From Eledone cirrhosa (lineage: Eukaryota): a stretch of DNA of 64,000 nt. The notes beneath the pieces are model-generated. The model worked only from the letters and a program-made list of their open reading frames with translations, did not search any database and was not told the DNA's origin. Shown in pieces: positions 1 through 13,489 of this stretch. The stretch lies in assembly GCA_964016885.1 (NCBI GenBank), contig OZ024757.1:41726001-41790000 (forward strand). Direction: 5' to 3'. Positions within the stretch are counted from its first letter, which is position 1. Each line of letters begins with the position of its first letter. A program made the position numbers and the translations under genes.

Positions 1-545
1 ATGTTAGCTTCATATAGATTAATAAATAGAAAAATCTCAGTCGACATCTTGAGGTCTTGCTTATTAAATTTTCATTCCAGCAATCTTGAAGCCAAGCTTT
101 GTAATATTTTTTTCTTTTTCTCTTTCTTTTTCTTTTTCTTTTTCTTTTATTTTTATTTTTATTTTATTTTTTTTACCATTTTTTCATTTTTTTATTTACT
201 TTTTTACTATCTTTTATTTATATATTCATTTTTAATATTTTCCTGTTTCTTTTTTCTTTTTATTTCATATATTTTTACCCTTTTTTACTTTTTTTTCTAT
301 ATTTTACTTATTTCTTTATTTATTTTTAATATCTTTTCTTTTTTTACGATCTTTTTTACTTATTTTTAATATTTTTTTCTTTTTTACTTTTATCATTTTT
401 ATTATTTTTACTATATTTTACATTATTTATTCTTAATATTTTTCCTTTCTTTTTTTCCTATCATTTTTACTTATTTTTAATATTTTTATTTTTATTTTTT
501 ACTTGTATGTTTATTTTTGTTTTTATATATATTTATATATTTTGT
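1..545. repeat. T-rich low-complexity tract
   Basis: Runs of T with sparse A/C from ~100 onward; the ORF 1..369 is only F/Y/I/L. Confidence 0.85.
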
Positions 546-779
546 TCTTTCCTCTCCAAGTGGGAAATGAAATTTGACAGTAATTATAGTTCGTATCAGG
601 AAATATATTTTGTCTTACTTGATATAAAAGGAATGTTACTTTCTCAAGACAAAATTGACATTGATGTGTTTTTCAAAGTGAAACAAATGTTTAGGAGCAA
701 CACAAGTTTAAGGAAAATTGCATGTATGTATGGTCCGTAACTCTTGGAGGAGTCTTAGGGTCATTGTATTGACATATAG

Positions 780-1070
780 GGCTTCTTGGGCATTTCTAAA
801 ACCTGGTGGAACTCATCTCTCCTCTCCAGGTCTGAATACAACAGATTTCTTACAGAGAAGGATAGAGAGTTAGAGAATGGAAGTGAGAAAGAGATATAGA
901 GGAAGAATCAACCCCAGTATTAAACTGGTACTTTTTTTTACTTACCTTGAATGGAGGAAAGGCAAAATTGACCTTGGCAGGATTTGAACTCTGAACATAA
1001 AAATCCACAACTAAGTATAATATCTCCAAGCCATTTTCTTCTGACCTTCTAACAATGTTGCCAATCCACA
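780..1070 (-). mobile_element. tRNA-headed SINE, subfamily B (Meta-like core, long pyrimidine-rich tail)
   Basis: Minus strand: GAGTTCAAATCC B-box, then GCCTTTCCTCCATTCAAGG...AAGTACCAG, then tail GGGGTTGATTCTTCC..TATATCTCTTTCTCACTTCCATTCTC. The tail is shared with 28290-28470 and 42420-42535. Confidence 0.75.
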
Positions 1071-1121
1071 ATAATTTCTTCCAACTTACCAGTATTGAAT
1101 ACTACATCCATATAAGGAAAT

Positions 1122-1292
1122 AATTGTTTCTAATTTAGGCACAAGGCCAGCAATTACCCAGTGCATTACTGGTACTTTATTTTATCGACCTCGTAAGGAT
1201 GAAAGGCAAAGTCAATCTCGGCGGGATTTGAACTCAGATCGTAAAGGGACGTAACTATGCTGGAAAGCATGACGTCCGACCCTCTACCGATA
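1122..1292 (-). mobile_element. tRNA-headed SINE, family A (Meta-like core)
   Basis: Near-identical to the copies at 15517, 42556 and 59950; B-box GAGTTCAAATCCCGCC and GCCTTTCATCCTTACG.GGTCGATAAAATAAAGTACCAG. Confidence 0.9.
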
Positions 1293-1761
1293 TGCACATA
1301 TACAATACAAAAGCTAACACTGCATCAGGGAGCGGGGGAGGGGATCAGAGTATCGAAGGTTCGGGAGCAGAAAAAAATATTAAAAATACTTCATAAAAAA
1401 TAATATTAAAAGAAAGCTCTGCTCACAATGTCTTCAATGTGTGATAGGTTTCTTCAAAAGAATCCCAGATAATGTTCTTTTAACTCAGAAAAACAAGTCG
1501 AGTGTTGCAGGTGTTGGCATATTTTTGTTCGTCGTTATTATTCTAGTGTCAATATTGTCTTCTTCTTCTTGCTGTTGTTGTTGATATTTGCATGTTGTCC
1601 CAAAATACTGCCACCATACTAACTCTGACAGGAGAGATAAGGAAGGCTATTTCTGGTTAAACAAACTTCTAAATATCGAAGAATTTTTTTCAGCATTTTC
1701 ATCCTACTACTACTACTCCTCCTCCGGTTACTGCTCTTTTGTTGTATGTTTGTTGTTGTTG

Positions 1762-1792
<31 letters not shown>

Positions 1793-2501
1793 AGGGAGAG
1801 ATGCTGGAGTAGAAAGAGAGTCAAGTGAGAGAGGAGGAAAGAAAAATATCGAAGATTTCTTCATTGTTTTCTTCATCTTCATCTTCCTGTCCCTTTTTTT
1901 TGTTGGGTTTTTTTTAGGGAGGGGGTGTATTTTTTCAGGTGTTTTTTTTTAGGAGAGAGAGAGAGGAGGAGGAGGGGAGAAAAAATATGAAATATATAAA
2001 GGCTGATATTTGATTCCTAAAAATTCCTTGCTGCTATGCCCAAACATATTCAACATATTTCTTCACATCCAACACCTCCAGAATTGCAGAAGGAGAAGAA
2101 AAAAACACAGAAGAAATAATATAATAATAATATTAATATTAGTAGTAATAATATTATTAATATTTATAATAATAATATTAATAATAATAGTAGTAGGAAG
2201 AAGAGAAGAGAAGAAGAATAAGTTAAACAAAACCAAGCCTAAATAGATGAAAGTGATATTCATACTTGTTTTATTTTCTATAGCAGAAGGGGAGAAAATA
2301 TAATCATCAAACAAGGCTATTCTCTAGAATAAGAAGAATAACAATAATAATAACAATGATGCTACTATTACTACTACTATTAATAATAATAATAATAATA
2401 ATGGTGGTAATAATAGTAATAATGATAAAACAAATAACAAACAAAATGCCACCAACATTATCAAGTATAACGAAAAATCTATAATAAAAGTCAGAATAAC
2501 A

Positions 2502-2504
<3 letters not shown>

Positions 2505-2540
<36 letters not shown>

Positions 2541-2749
2541 GCACACAGATATATATATATGTATATATATATATAAAATATATATATACATATATATAAA
2601 TATATATACATATATACATATATATGTATATATATATATATATAAAAAAATATATATATACATACATACATATATACATGTATATATGTATATATATATA
2701 TATACATACATAAAAATATACATATATATCTGTAAATATATATATATAA

Positions 2750-2793
<44 letters not shown>

Positions 2794-2875
2794 GCATATA
2801 TATGTGTGTGTATACATATTTAAATGTACACATATACATACATATACATACATACACACACATATATATATACAT

Positions 2876-2964
<89 letters not shown>

Positions 2965-3039
2965 CATATGCATATATATGTGTGTGTATACATATTTAAA
3001 TGTACACATATACATACATACACACACATATACATACAT

Positions 3040-3105
<66 letters not shown>
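2505..3105. repeat. Compound (TA)n/(CA)n microsatellite with internal ~180-bp duplication
   Basis: The block CATATGCATATATATGTGTGTGTATACATATTTAAATGTACAC occurs at ~2789 and ~2965. Confidence 0.9.
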
Positions 3106-3254
3106 TCTCTCTTATACAATCCACTTGGTTCAACATAAAACACCAATTTTATTTTCTTCTCATCTTCACTTCTCTTCACAATTCCTTTCCTTTTACATTC
3201 CCCTTCAGATCCAGGATATAACGTTTGTTGTTTTAGCTTTCTTCTCAACCATTG

Positions 3255-4161
3255 TTGTTATTGGTGGTGGTGGTGGTGGTTGTAGTGGTGGTGGTGGTGG
3301 TGGTAGTAGTGGTGGTTGTAGTGGTGGTGGTATTATTGCTGCTGTTGTGGTTGTAGTGGTGGTGTAGTGGTGGTGGTGGTAGTGATGTTGTTGTTGTTGT
3401 TGTGGTGGTGTAGTGGTAGTGATGGTAGTGATGTTGTTGTTGTTGTAAGTGGTAGTAGTGGTGGTGGTGGTTGTAGTGGTGCTGTTGTTGTTGTGGTGGT
3501 GTAGTGGTGGTGATGGTAGTGATGTTGTTGTTGTAAGTGGTAGTAGTGGTGGTGGTGGTGATATTATTGTTGCTGCTGTTGTTGTTGTTGTGGTGTAGTG
3601 GTGGTGGTAGTGTTGTTGTTGTTGAAAGTGGTAGTAGTGGTGGTGGTGGTTGTAATGGTGGTGGTGGTGATGTTATTGTTGCTGCTGTTGTTGTTGTTGT
3701 TGTGGTGTAGTGGTGGTGGTGGTAGTGATGTTGTTGTAAGTGATAGTGGTGGTGGTGGTGATGCTATTGTTGCTGTTGTTGTTAGCAGTGGTGGTAGTGC
3801 TGGTAGTGATGTTGCTGTTGTTGTTGTTGTAGAGTCACTCCATGATAATTCTAACTTTTGATGTATTTACTTTCTTGTCATCATTTCTTGCTGGCTTTTT
3901 AAGTCTTTTGTTTGGTACTGATGATGATGGTGGTGATGGCGGTAGTAGGGATGATGATGGTGATGATGATGACGGTGTTGGTAGTGATGAGGGTGATGAT
4001 GATTATGATGATGATGGTGTTGTAGTAGTAGGTGGTGATGATGGTAGTGGTGTTGATGTTAGTGGTGTTGATGGTTGTGGTGGTAGTGATGATGGTGGTG
4101 GTGGTGATGGTAGTGATGATGATGATGATGATGGTATTGTTGTAGTTGTCGGTGGTGGTAG
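3255..4161. repeat. Degenerate (GGT/GTT/GTA/GAT)n trinucleotide array
   Basis: Read directly from the sequence. Confidence 0.9.
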
Positions 4162-4273
4162 TGAAAGGCCAAGCTAACCTCGGCAGGATTTGAACTCAGA
4201 CCGTAAAGAGCTATAACTCTATCCACCAAAGCATGTTATCTGACGCTCTACTGATTCAGCCAATTTACTACCC
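4162..4273 (-). mobile_element. SINE family A, partial (head half)
   Basis: gaaaggccaagctaacctcggcaggatttgaactcagaccgtaaagagc matches the other copies. Confidence 0.8.
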
Positions 4274-4618
4274 TACTCAACTCAATAGTAAAATGTATTA
4301 GTTAGTACTAAATACACCCCAGGGACATAAAGAATGGTATTGTGAAAAAATATATAAATATATTTCTTTTTTAATGTGAAATTTAATGCATTAAGAAAAA
4401 ATACGAAAATGGATGGTAATGTTGGTTTTATTTCGTTCTGAGAAACAGGGTTTTATGATATATATGAACAATAACAATAACAATAACATGAAATTAAGAT
4501 TACATTTTTAATGTAAGCTGATAAAAAAATAAAGTATTTATGATATAAATATAAATATGATACAAATATAATGTAATATAAATATTATATATTTTTATAT
4601 AATATAATATGCATTTAT

Positions 4619-5685
4619 ATATCATCATCATCATTTAACGTCCATCTTCCACGCTTGCATGGGTTTGGACGGGAGTTTTCCCACTTGAGGCAAGAGTGGT
4701 TGTCTTGCTCGTATAGGACTGTCTGGCGGTTTTTCTACGGCTGGATGCCCTTCCTAACACCAACCACGTTTACAGTGTGAAACTGGGAGGTTTTTACCGT
4801 GTTACCTACACGGCCACATTACAGCGTGGACTGTGTGTTTTTTTGTCGTGACACCTACATGACTTCATTTGTTTCGGACTGGATGTTGTGGTACCAACAT
4901 AACTTTACATTGAAAGGGGTGGTGTGGATGGGGTGGGGGTAGTGGGACGGGGTGTATTTTGTTAGAGGTGCCTACTGACTGTAGTAGGTTTCACTTTGTA
5001 CTTAGGTAAGGCGGGTCTTCTGTATGACTGTGTAGCGCCAAAGATCTCGGTCCAGTAACATTGTCTTGGAGAGGTGTAAGTGTGTGAGGTCGGAATTTAT
5101 CAAGTCATCCCAGGTTTTTCTGGGTCTGCCTACTCCGTGGCTACCGTCTATTTTTATTGCCCTGCACTCTTTTATACAGCTGTCGTCTTTCATCCGCATC
5201 ACGTGACCATACCAACGTAGTCTTCTCTCGAGTAAACAACATCTGATCCCTCTTATTTCTAACTTTTCCCTTAGTTTGTTTATGCTTTGCCGTTCACGTA
5301 TATTACTATTACACATCCAGCGGAGCATGCAAGCTTCGTTCCTCTCCAGTCTGTGTATATCCTCTGCACACAATGCCCAGGTCTCACTGCCATGTAACAT
5401 TGCTGTTCGTATGCAGGCATCATACAGCCTGCCTTTCATTTTTAGAGAGAACCCTTTAGCGGCTAATAGTGGTATAAGCTCTCTGAACTTTTTCCATCCA
5501 GTTCTGACTCTAGCTACTGTACTTTCAGAGCACCCTCCACCATTGCTGATTTTGTCACCCAAGTAACGGAAGGTGTCCATTATTTTTATAGATACATCTG
5601 TGCAATGGAATGAGCTAGTATTCTGTGGGCACTTGCTGCTACTTATTTCACCAGAGCACCGGCCACATATAAAATCTATGTTCTT
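4619..5685 (-). mobile_element. 5'-truncated RTE-clade LINE (family RTE-A) with 3'UTR and (GAT)n tail
   Basis: ORF motifs FRYLG, ARVRTGWKKF, MLHGSETW, RRLRWYGHVMR and GRPRKTW are typical of RTE C-termini. A ~380-bp 3'UTR ends ...GGACGTTAAATGATGATGAT. Confidence 0.93.
5002..5685 (-). pseudogene. RTE ORF C-terminal fragment (RT thumb to C-terminus), uninterrupted for ~225 codons
   Basis: ORF track 5002..5739; the N-terminal MYIYII part is microsatellite. Endonuclease and RT core are absent. Confidence 0.88.
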
Positions 5686-5792
5686 AGTTATATATATATG
5701 ATATAAATACACATACATATATATAATATAAATATACATATATATATATAATATAAATATATGTATATATAATATATATATGATATATATAT

Positions 5793-5905
5793 ATCATCAT
5801 CATCATCATCATCATCGTTTTACGTCCGTTCCTCCACGCAAGCATGTTGTGGGCGGTGTCCAGTCGGCTGACCTTGTCTTGCTCATACAGGAACTGATTC
5901 TGGCT
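5793..5905 (-). mobile_element. Short RTE-A-like 3' end copy
   Basis: (ATC)n followed by ttttacgtccgttcctccacgcaagcatg...cttgtcttgctcatacaggaactg. Confidence 0.75.
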
Positions 5906-7714
5906 ATACACATATATATATATATAATATATATATATATCAAAATGATACATATATCCAGACAAACATTTTTGAGATTGAGAAATCTACATAATATACA
6001 CACTTAATGTATATACATTAATATACATATATAATACATGCCTACAAATAAATTAAAGCTCAAGAAGAATCAAAGTAGAGCAAAAGAAGATTTTACCCAA
6101 AAAAAACCTTTGATTAATCAAAGACTCCAACATTCTGTCACTCCCAAACAACATGGAGGAACAATATTTTGGCAATTTACCAAAAATCGTCATTTAGTTG
6201 TTCTTTTATGCTCTATACTTCTATATATCATATTGTTTTGTTGTTTTTGTTTGTGTTTCTGTTTGTGTTTTTTGTGTGTGTGTTTTTTTAATCATTATAA
6301 AATGCTACCATATTTCATTCAGTCTTGCACAACCTAATGTATATACTGTATATATATTTATGTATATATATATACACATATATATGTATGTATATACATA
6401 CATATAATATATATGTGTATACATTCATAAGCATATATATATATATAGGTGCGTATGTATATATATATATATATATATATATGGTTATATATATATATAT
6501 ATAGTTATATACATAAATATATTCATATATGTGTGCATGAGTATATATATATATAAACACACACACACCTATATGTATGTATATATAAACGAGTATATAC
6601 ATATGATTTTCTTCTGATCTCAAAAATTTTCATTCTTTCATTTTTAACACAATTATAAACAACAAAAGAAGAAAATATATTTTAAAATATTTTTTAAAAA
6701 AAACCTTCTGTACAAACAAACAATTCATGTTAACAACAACAACAAAATATTTTTAAAAAAACAACACAAAATGGCTACAAATATAAAATACCACAATAGT
6801 TTACAACAAAAATATAAAACCTTGGCAAAAATTGTAAATACTATTAGAGCAACGAGATCGTTAAAAATTATATACAGGAAAAATATTTGCGTATCAAACA
6901 CAAATTTTGACCTGACCTCTACAAATAACTAAAGCTTCATGGAGACAAAATATCTGTTATAAAGACAAATGTCGAGCAAATTTTATCTTTATTTTTATTT
7001 CATTTTATTTCATTTAATTTTATTTTATTTTATTTTATTTTTATTTTATTTTATTTTTATTTAATTTAATTTTATTTCATTATTGCATTTATATATTTTG
7101 GTTTTCTTTTTCTTTTTTTTTTGTTTTGTCTTATATATTTTTTTTTGTTGTTGTTGTTTGGTTGTATTTCGAAACATTTTATTGGTTTCATTAATCTATT
7201 GTCTATAATTTAGACTTTTCTGCTAAAATTCTCTCCCTTTATAAAACCATAACAATGCCAGTCTTTTGTGCTCCTTTCTCTGTCATCTCAGTTTTATATT
7301 AGCTTAACTTTTCTTTTTTTATGACAGTATTTTCCCTTCAGATGTTTATGGTTTGGTTTTATGAAGTTTATTTATATTGTAGTCTTGTATACTTTTATTG
7401 GTCTATTTGTTTCGGTGATTAGACTGAGGCCATGCTGGGGCCACCCCCTTCATATTTAGCTGATTATATTCAACCCAGAATTTCTCACCTTCTTGCTTTC
7501 TTTCAGTTCTGTTCTGGTACTTAAAACAAATACTGATGCAGACTCATATCCATAAACATATATATATCATCATCATCATTTAATGTCCACTTTCCCTGCC
7601 ATATATATATATATGTATATATATGAAAACGAATTTCTTTCTATATATATATATATATATATATATTTGTGTGTGTATAAAACAAAGATTAACGAGAATT
7701 TTAATTAAAACATT

Positions 7715-7800
7715 TAATTGATATACAACTGTTTCATTAGACTAATGAGAAAACAAGAATATTCCATTTCTGTTTGACTAACTCTTCAGAATCGACCAAG
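7715..7800 (-). ncRNA. Candidate minimal hammerhead ribozyme (Penelope-type terminus)
   Basis: Minus strand: CTGAAGA (7789-7783) GTTAGTC..loop..GTCTAAT GAAA (7735-7732) CAGTTGTA TATC. Stem II is 6/7 bp, stem III is near-palindromic, with a GUA triplet. Confidence 0.55.
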
Positions 7801-7844
7801 AGAGAAATCTATATAAATAGACAGATATATATAAATAAGGTAAT

Positions 7845-7945
7845 GAAAAATTTAGTTACCTGGTAATCTTTGGTTTGTTTAGTTTTTGTTGTTGTTGTTT
7901 CTTTTGTCCTGATATTTTGGGGCTTAAATTCCCTTCTTCAGAGTT
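7845..7945 (-). mobile_element. Penelope-like terminal repeat fragment with degenerate hammerhead (copy 1 of 2)
   Basis: Minus strand: CTGAAGAAGGG-aatttaagc-CCC-AAAATATCAG...AAAGATTACCAGGTAACTAAATTTTT. Direct repeat of 10715-10822. Confidence 0.5.
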
Positions 7946-8119
7946 ACCTTCATCTTACAGTCTATTTTACATTGTTTAATCTTATATAACTTTGCACATA
8001 TATATTATATACAATGTGTCAAGCAAACTTTAACATTATATATATATATATGTATCAATATCAAGAGAGTTTCATAAAGAATTTTGTTGGATTATGTTGG
8101 AAGATTTCTTTTATTTATA

Positions 8120-8405
8120 TAAGACAAAAGCACCCAATCCACACTGTAAAGTGGTCGTGTTATATCACGACAAAAAGTGCCCACTCCACACTGTAAAGTG
8201 GATGTTTAGGTGTCACAACAAAAAGGACCCAGTCTGTACTGTATATTTGGTTAGCGTTAGGAAGCACATCCAGCCATAGAAACCAAGCCAGAACCAGTTC
8301 TGCATCAACAAGACATGGTCACCTGATATGACTTGTCTCACAACAGGGCAACACGTCTAACACATGCTAGTGTGAAAAAAATGGACATTAAACAGTGATG
8401 AGGAT
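8120..8405 (+). mobile_element. RTE-A 3' end copy with triplicated ~50-bp 3'UTR unit
   Basis: Three AAAAG..CCCA.TCCACACTGTAAAGTGG units, then ttaggaagcacatccagcc...catgctagtgtgaa...ggacattaaacagtgatga. Confidence 0.8.
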
Positions 8406-9037
8406 TATAGGAAACCTCTAAAATGCAAGGTTTTATATCATAGAACCAGAACCAGTCGTGAAAAGAATTGGCAGGGAAATGGTTAATGAAAACAGAGTAT
8501 AATCGAAGATAAAGAATAAATATATTGGATCAAAAAATTAAGCTATATAAACAACATAAATTTAATTTGTAATAATAGAGTGACATACATCAAGTGTTAG
8601 TGTTGAAATACATACCTATGTAAAGTTTATTAAATAAAAATAAATTAATATAATATAATGTTTTGCTTATTCTTTGAAATACCTATATTGCAAAAGTTAT
8701 CTGAATTTAGCAAATTGAATTAAACTATATAGTAATCATAATGTAATTCAATTGATTTTTCCCTTTATTGCGATAACATTTATTTTTCTTTCTTCTAAAC
8801 AAAAGTCTGTATGTTTGTTTAGCGTTAAACATTTTGAAATTATTTCAACTGCGTACATAATTACACAAAAAATCGTGTAATTTCTTTTGTAAATCTTATA
8901 TATAAGATTTTCAAACATTTTGACTCTCTCCCTCCCTCTCTCTCTACTTTCAATAGTTATGACACACAAACACACACACCTATATATGTATGTGTGTGTG
9001 TGTAAATATATATATGTGTGTCTACATATATATATAT

Positions 9038-9490
9038 GCATGGTTTAGTAGTAAGGGTGTTGGACTTACGATCATAACATCATGGGTTCAACTCCATGGA
9101 CTGGGTAGTGTTGCTGTGTTCTTGAGCAAAACACTTTATTTTATCGACCCAGAAAGGATTAAAGGCAAAGCTAACCTCGGTCGATTTGAACTCAGAACGT
9201 AAAGGGCCATAACTCAATGCCACACAACATGGTGTCTGATTTTCTCCCAATTCTGTCAATCCAACACAATTTCTACTTTAGGCACAAGGCCAGCAATTTG
9301 AGGGGAAGGGAAAGTCGATTAAATCAATCCCAGTGCATTACTGGTACTTTATTTTATCGACTCTGTAGGATGAAAGGTTGAAAGGCAAGGCTAAGCTGGC
9401 AGGATTTGAACTCAGACCATAAAGGGCCGTAACTCTATGCTGTATAGCATGGTGTCCGACCCTCTACCAATACTGACAATCCACTGCCCT
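9038..9490. mobile_element. SINE cluster: CORE-like head (+, 9038-9140) fused to family A pieces (-, 9140-9268 and 9269-9490)
   Basis: gtgttcttgagcaaaacactttattt runs directly into ttatcgacccagaaagga...; a second full family A copy follows. Confidence 0.75.
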
Positions 9491-9750
9491 CTAATTAATA
9501 AAACATGAAAATAATTACTGCAATCGTTTCATCCCAGACACTATATATGCGCCACAGTGCTCCCCTTATCCACAAAATCAGAGACATTTACTAAAGATGA
9601 TAGGAATACTTCAGCTCAATAGAACGCTTGTCTAAGCCGGTTAATTACGCAGAACAACTTACCATCTAGTTTATTGTGCAATAGACTGTTAGAGAAATAT
9701 GATGATGAGTTAAGTTTCGATAATTCCCTCTTTGAAAGCAAGATAACGAT

Positions 9751-9880
9751 CCACCACCACCACCACTATTACCCCCACCACCACCACTACCACCACCATC
9801 AACACCACCCATCACCACCACCACCACCACCACCACCACCACCACCACCACCACCACCATCACACCACCACCACCACCGC
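9751..9880. repeat. (CAC)n microsatellite
   Basis: Read directly from the sequence. Confidence 0.95.
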
Positions 9881-10464
9881 TCGCTGTATTTTTCCTGTTT
9901 GGTAAGATAATCTGTATCAATGATCGACATTATGGCGTATCAACATAAGGTTCTTAATGAGGAAAGACGCGCTTCAGTGCAAGAATTGCATTTACTGCAG
10001 AAAATATAATATTGATGATATTGATAATAGTGGTTTCTTCATCTCAGGTTAAGTCATGCAGGATATATCCAGTTTCAAAGATGGAAACCGCCAACATTTT
10101 TTTTTTATTTTGCTGTGGTTTAATTTTTTTTTATTTTTCTTGGTTGTTTTTTTTTTGTGTGTAATTAACAATTTAATTATATTCCAGTAATGCAATTAAA
10201 AGTGCAGCAAAAATAAACAAAAAAAGCAAACAAACGAAACAAAAACATGTTGAGTGGCCAGCCAAACTTTATGCTGTGATTTGCTGAATGGCATATCTCA
10301 GCTGTGTCCTGGAGACAAGATGGCATAGATGTTGGGTCTATGATACAAAACTGTTTTGTTTTAAAGTGTTTATATTTATCTAAAAAGGCAGAAACATTAG
10401 ATAGAATAATAAAATGGTGTAGTTTGCTTGAAGCATTGTATATAATATATATTATATATAATGT

Positions 10465-10650
10465 GGAAAGCATCCAGTACACATTGTAAATGAGGTTGGC
10501 ATTAGGAAGGGCATCCAGCCATAGTAAACCAGCCAGAAACTCTCCTATATGAGCAAGACACGGTCACCCGACCCAACTTGCCTCTAAATGGGACAAACCC
10601 GTCTAACCCATGCTAGCATGGAAGATAGACGTTAATCTATGATGAGGAGG
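10465..10650 (+). mobile_element. RTE-A 3' end copy
   Basis: ggttggcattaggaagggcatccagcc...ccgtctaacccatgctagcatggaagatagacgttaa..tgatga. Confidence 0.8.
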
Positions 10651-10714
10651 AAGAGGGGGGTGGAAAAAGATATAAGGCTAAACAATACAAAATGGACGAT
10701 AAGATGAAGGGAAC

Positions 10715-10822
10715 AAAAAATTTAGTTGCCTGGTAATCTTTGTTTGTTTTTGATGCTGTTGTTTTTTTTTGTTTTTTTTTGTTCTAATATTTCGAGACTT
10801 AAAATTCCCTTCTTCAGAGTAT
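10715..10822 (-). mobile_element. Penelope-like terminal repeat fragment with hammerhead-like core (copy 2 of 2)
   Basis: Minus strand: CTGAAGA-A-GGGA-attttaag-TCTC-GAAA-TATTAG; shares its downstream sequence with 7845-7945. Confidence 0.55.
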
Positions 10823-10982
10823 AAGGAACTTTCAGAGAAAATTATTCCGGTTTCTTCTATTTGGAATTAATGTTTTGTGGTCAAGGTTTGGATCATAGTT
10901 TAACATGAATGAGAGGAAGATAACTAAATGCTGGGACTTTACTGACCACTACCTTTTCATCAGAGATTCTGTGTATTATTTA

Positions 10983-11195
10983 AGGATTGACAGTATTGAT
11001 AGGGTGTCGGACAACATGCTTTGCAGCATAGAGTTACGGACCTTTATGATCTGAGCTCAAATCCCGCTGAGGTTAACTTTGCCTTTCATCCTTATGGGGT
11101 CGATAAAATAAAGTACCAGTCACGCATTGGGGTCGATTTAATCAACTTTCCCCTCCCCCAAATTACTGGCCTTGTGCCTATATAAGAAACCATTA
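10983..11195 (+). mobile_element. SINE family A
   Basis: ctgagctcaaatcccgctgaggttaactttgcctttcatccttatggggtcgataaaataaagtaccag...ggccttgtgccta. Confidence 0.85.
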
Positions 11196-11911
11196 TAAAA
11201 TAGCCAATAAATTATATATTGGGGTCCCTTAAATTATTGTGAAACTCCTGATTTACAGCCTGGTCAGAACACACACACCCCTCCCCACCCTACCTTTACA
11301 ACAAACAATTTTCAGTTGGAATTTTTCTAAACAAAAAAAATGTGTTACTAAATAGATAAATAAAAAGATAAAATATTAAAAAATAATAATAATAAATAAA
11401 ATAACATAAACAAATAAAATCAAATAAACTAAGAAAAAAATATATATAAATACAAACAAACAAACAAAAATATATAAACAAAAAAATAAGAAATATATAA
11501 ATAAATAAAAACAAACAAAAATATATAAACAAATAAAAACAAACTAAAAAATATATAAAAAGAAATAAACTAAGAAATATTCAAATAAATAAAAACAAAT
11601 ACATAAATAATTCAGAAGAAATTTTTTGATTAAAGAATTTTTTTTCTTTTTCAAATAAAAAGATATTTGACTGTAAATAAAGAATGTTACTGATTTATTA
11701 TCAGAATAAATCCAGAGAACTAATTTGATTAATTTGGTTGTAACCACAAATGTCCTCCTAAAATCAACACTTGGTGTCATTTGTCATACCTCATGACCTT
11801 TGTAAAATAATCTTATATTTCGTTGTAGTCTTCGTGTTTGTGTTTTGGGTTTAGTTAAATAATTGGTAGACTCGTTAGAATGTCAGAGATTTTTTTTTGG
11901 GGGGGGGGGGT

Positions 11912-12450
11912 TAAGGCCCCGTTTGGTCATGGATGACTGTGGGATTTTCAGCTAGAAATTAGAAATTTTCCCTCTGAAGTACAAGTCCGGGCAAGGTTTG
12001 TTTGTGGAAGACTAACAGTCACCCATACATACCAGTCTCCCCTCTCCCCATGCCACCAATGTTGTCCAAGAGAAAGGTGATGGCCGATACAGCTTGGCAC
12101 CAGTGACATGACAAAATATATACACTATATATATACTATATCTACACTATGTACAGTATATATATATATACTATATGTACTCTATGTACAGTATATATAC
12201 AATATGTACACTATGTAGAGTATATATACACTATATATACACTATATATGATGATGTCCAAAGGAAAGGCATTGGCCCATACAGCTTGGCACCAGTGATA
12301 TCGCAACTCATTTCTACAGCGGAGTAAACTGAAGTAACGTGAAATAAAGTGTCTTACTCAAGGACACAACACATCACCCGGTTTGAGAATCGAACCCAAA
12401 ACCTCTCAATTGGAAGCCCAACGCTCTAACCACTAAGCCATACCCCTTGA
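11912..12450 (-). mobile_element. Long tRNA-headed CORE-like SINE (family C) with internal TA-rich insert
   Basis: Minus-strand head TGGCTTAGTGGTTAGAGCG...GGTTCGATTC, CORE-like GTGTCCTTGAGTAAGACACTTTATTTC. The body matches 62431-62910. Confidence 0.85.
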
Positions 12451-13268
12451 TATTATGTCAGATAGAATGTGTATATTATGTGTACATTATATATATTATA
12501 CAGTATATATAATATTTACACAGTATATATTCTCTATATTATATGGGATGGCTAAATCTAGGATGGCTTCATTTATAAATTCTGCTTAATCATTGTTGAC
12601 TTGGAACTTACAGAACAATAACAACCACACACAAAACAACAATAACAACATACAACAACAACAACATATAACAATAATAACACATCTGCATATGACAACA
12701 CTCGTCACACAACAATTGTACATCAATGCATAACACAACAACAACAGTAACACAACAACAATAATAGCACAACACAACAGCACTAACACAACAACAACAC
12801 AACACATCAACGTGGATTTCGATAACAATGAATACAGACAAATGAACGCTAAATTAAACTTTATTTAATTATTTTAAGAATAATTTTTAAAAAATATTTT
12901 TTTTTTCAAACAAAGCAAAAATATCAAAAAAATATAATTAAATAAATCAAAATATATAAAGTTTTTATTTTTCTTCTTTTCTTTCTTTTTTCTTTCACAT
13001 TCTTTGATTATCGCTTCAATTCGGATTTTAGCTTCGATAAATTCTAATAATATAATTAAAGTGATTTTAATTAAATAAAATTAGCCTGTGATAATATGAT
13101 AAAAAATAATTTTCTTAAAAATTAGATAAAAATCTGACTTTAATTTTTAACAACCTTTCCAAAAATAATAATAATAATAATAATAATGATTTCTTTCTTT
13201 CTTTATTTATTTCTTTATTTGTTTATTTATTTATTTATTCATAATAATAATAATAATAATAATAATAA

Positions 13269-13457
13269 TTGTTTCTACGTTAGGCACAAGGCCAGCAATT
13301 ACCCAGTGTATTACTGGTACTTTATTTTATCGACCCCCGTAAGGATGAAAGACAAAGTTAACCTCGGCGGGATTTGAACTCAGAATAGCAAAGGCCGTAA
13401 CTCTATGCGTCAAAGCATGCCGTCCGACCCTCTACCAATACTGCCAATCCACCGCCA
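13269..13457 (-). mobile_element. SINE family A, full length
   Basis: Matches the family from GGCGGTGGATTGGCAGTA to GTAGAAACAAT; flanked by (ATA)n. Confidence 0.9.
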
Positions 13458-13489
13458 GTGGATAATAATAATAATAATAATTAATAGTA

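Noticed and set aside
2307-3367. Numerous YI/CV/HT-rich ORFs here and throughout the window
   Set aside because: Translations of (TA)n, (CA)n and (TG)n microsatellites.
9540-10090. Unique non-repetitive islands (also ~14100-14300, 42840-43140, 47580-47720, 61880-62070) as enhancers
   Set aside because: Plausible, but short TAAT-type motifs are expected by chance in AT-rich DNA; this cannot be supported without conservation or chromatin data.
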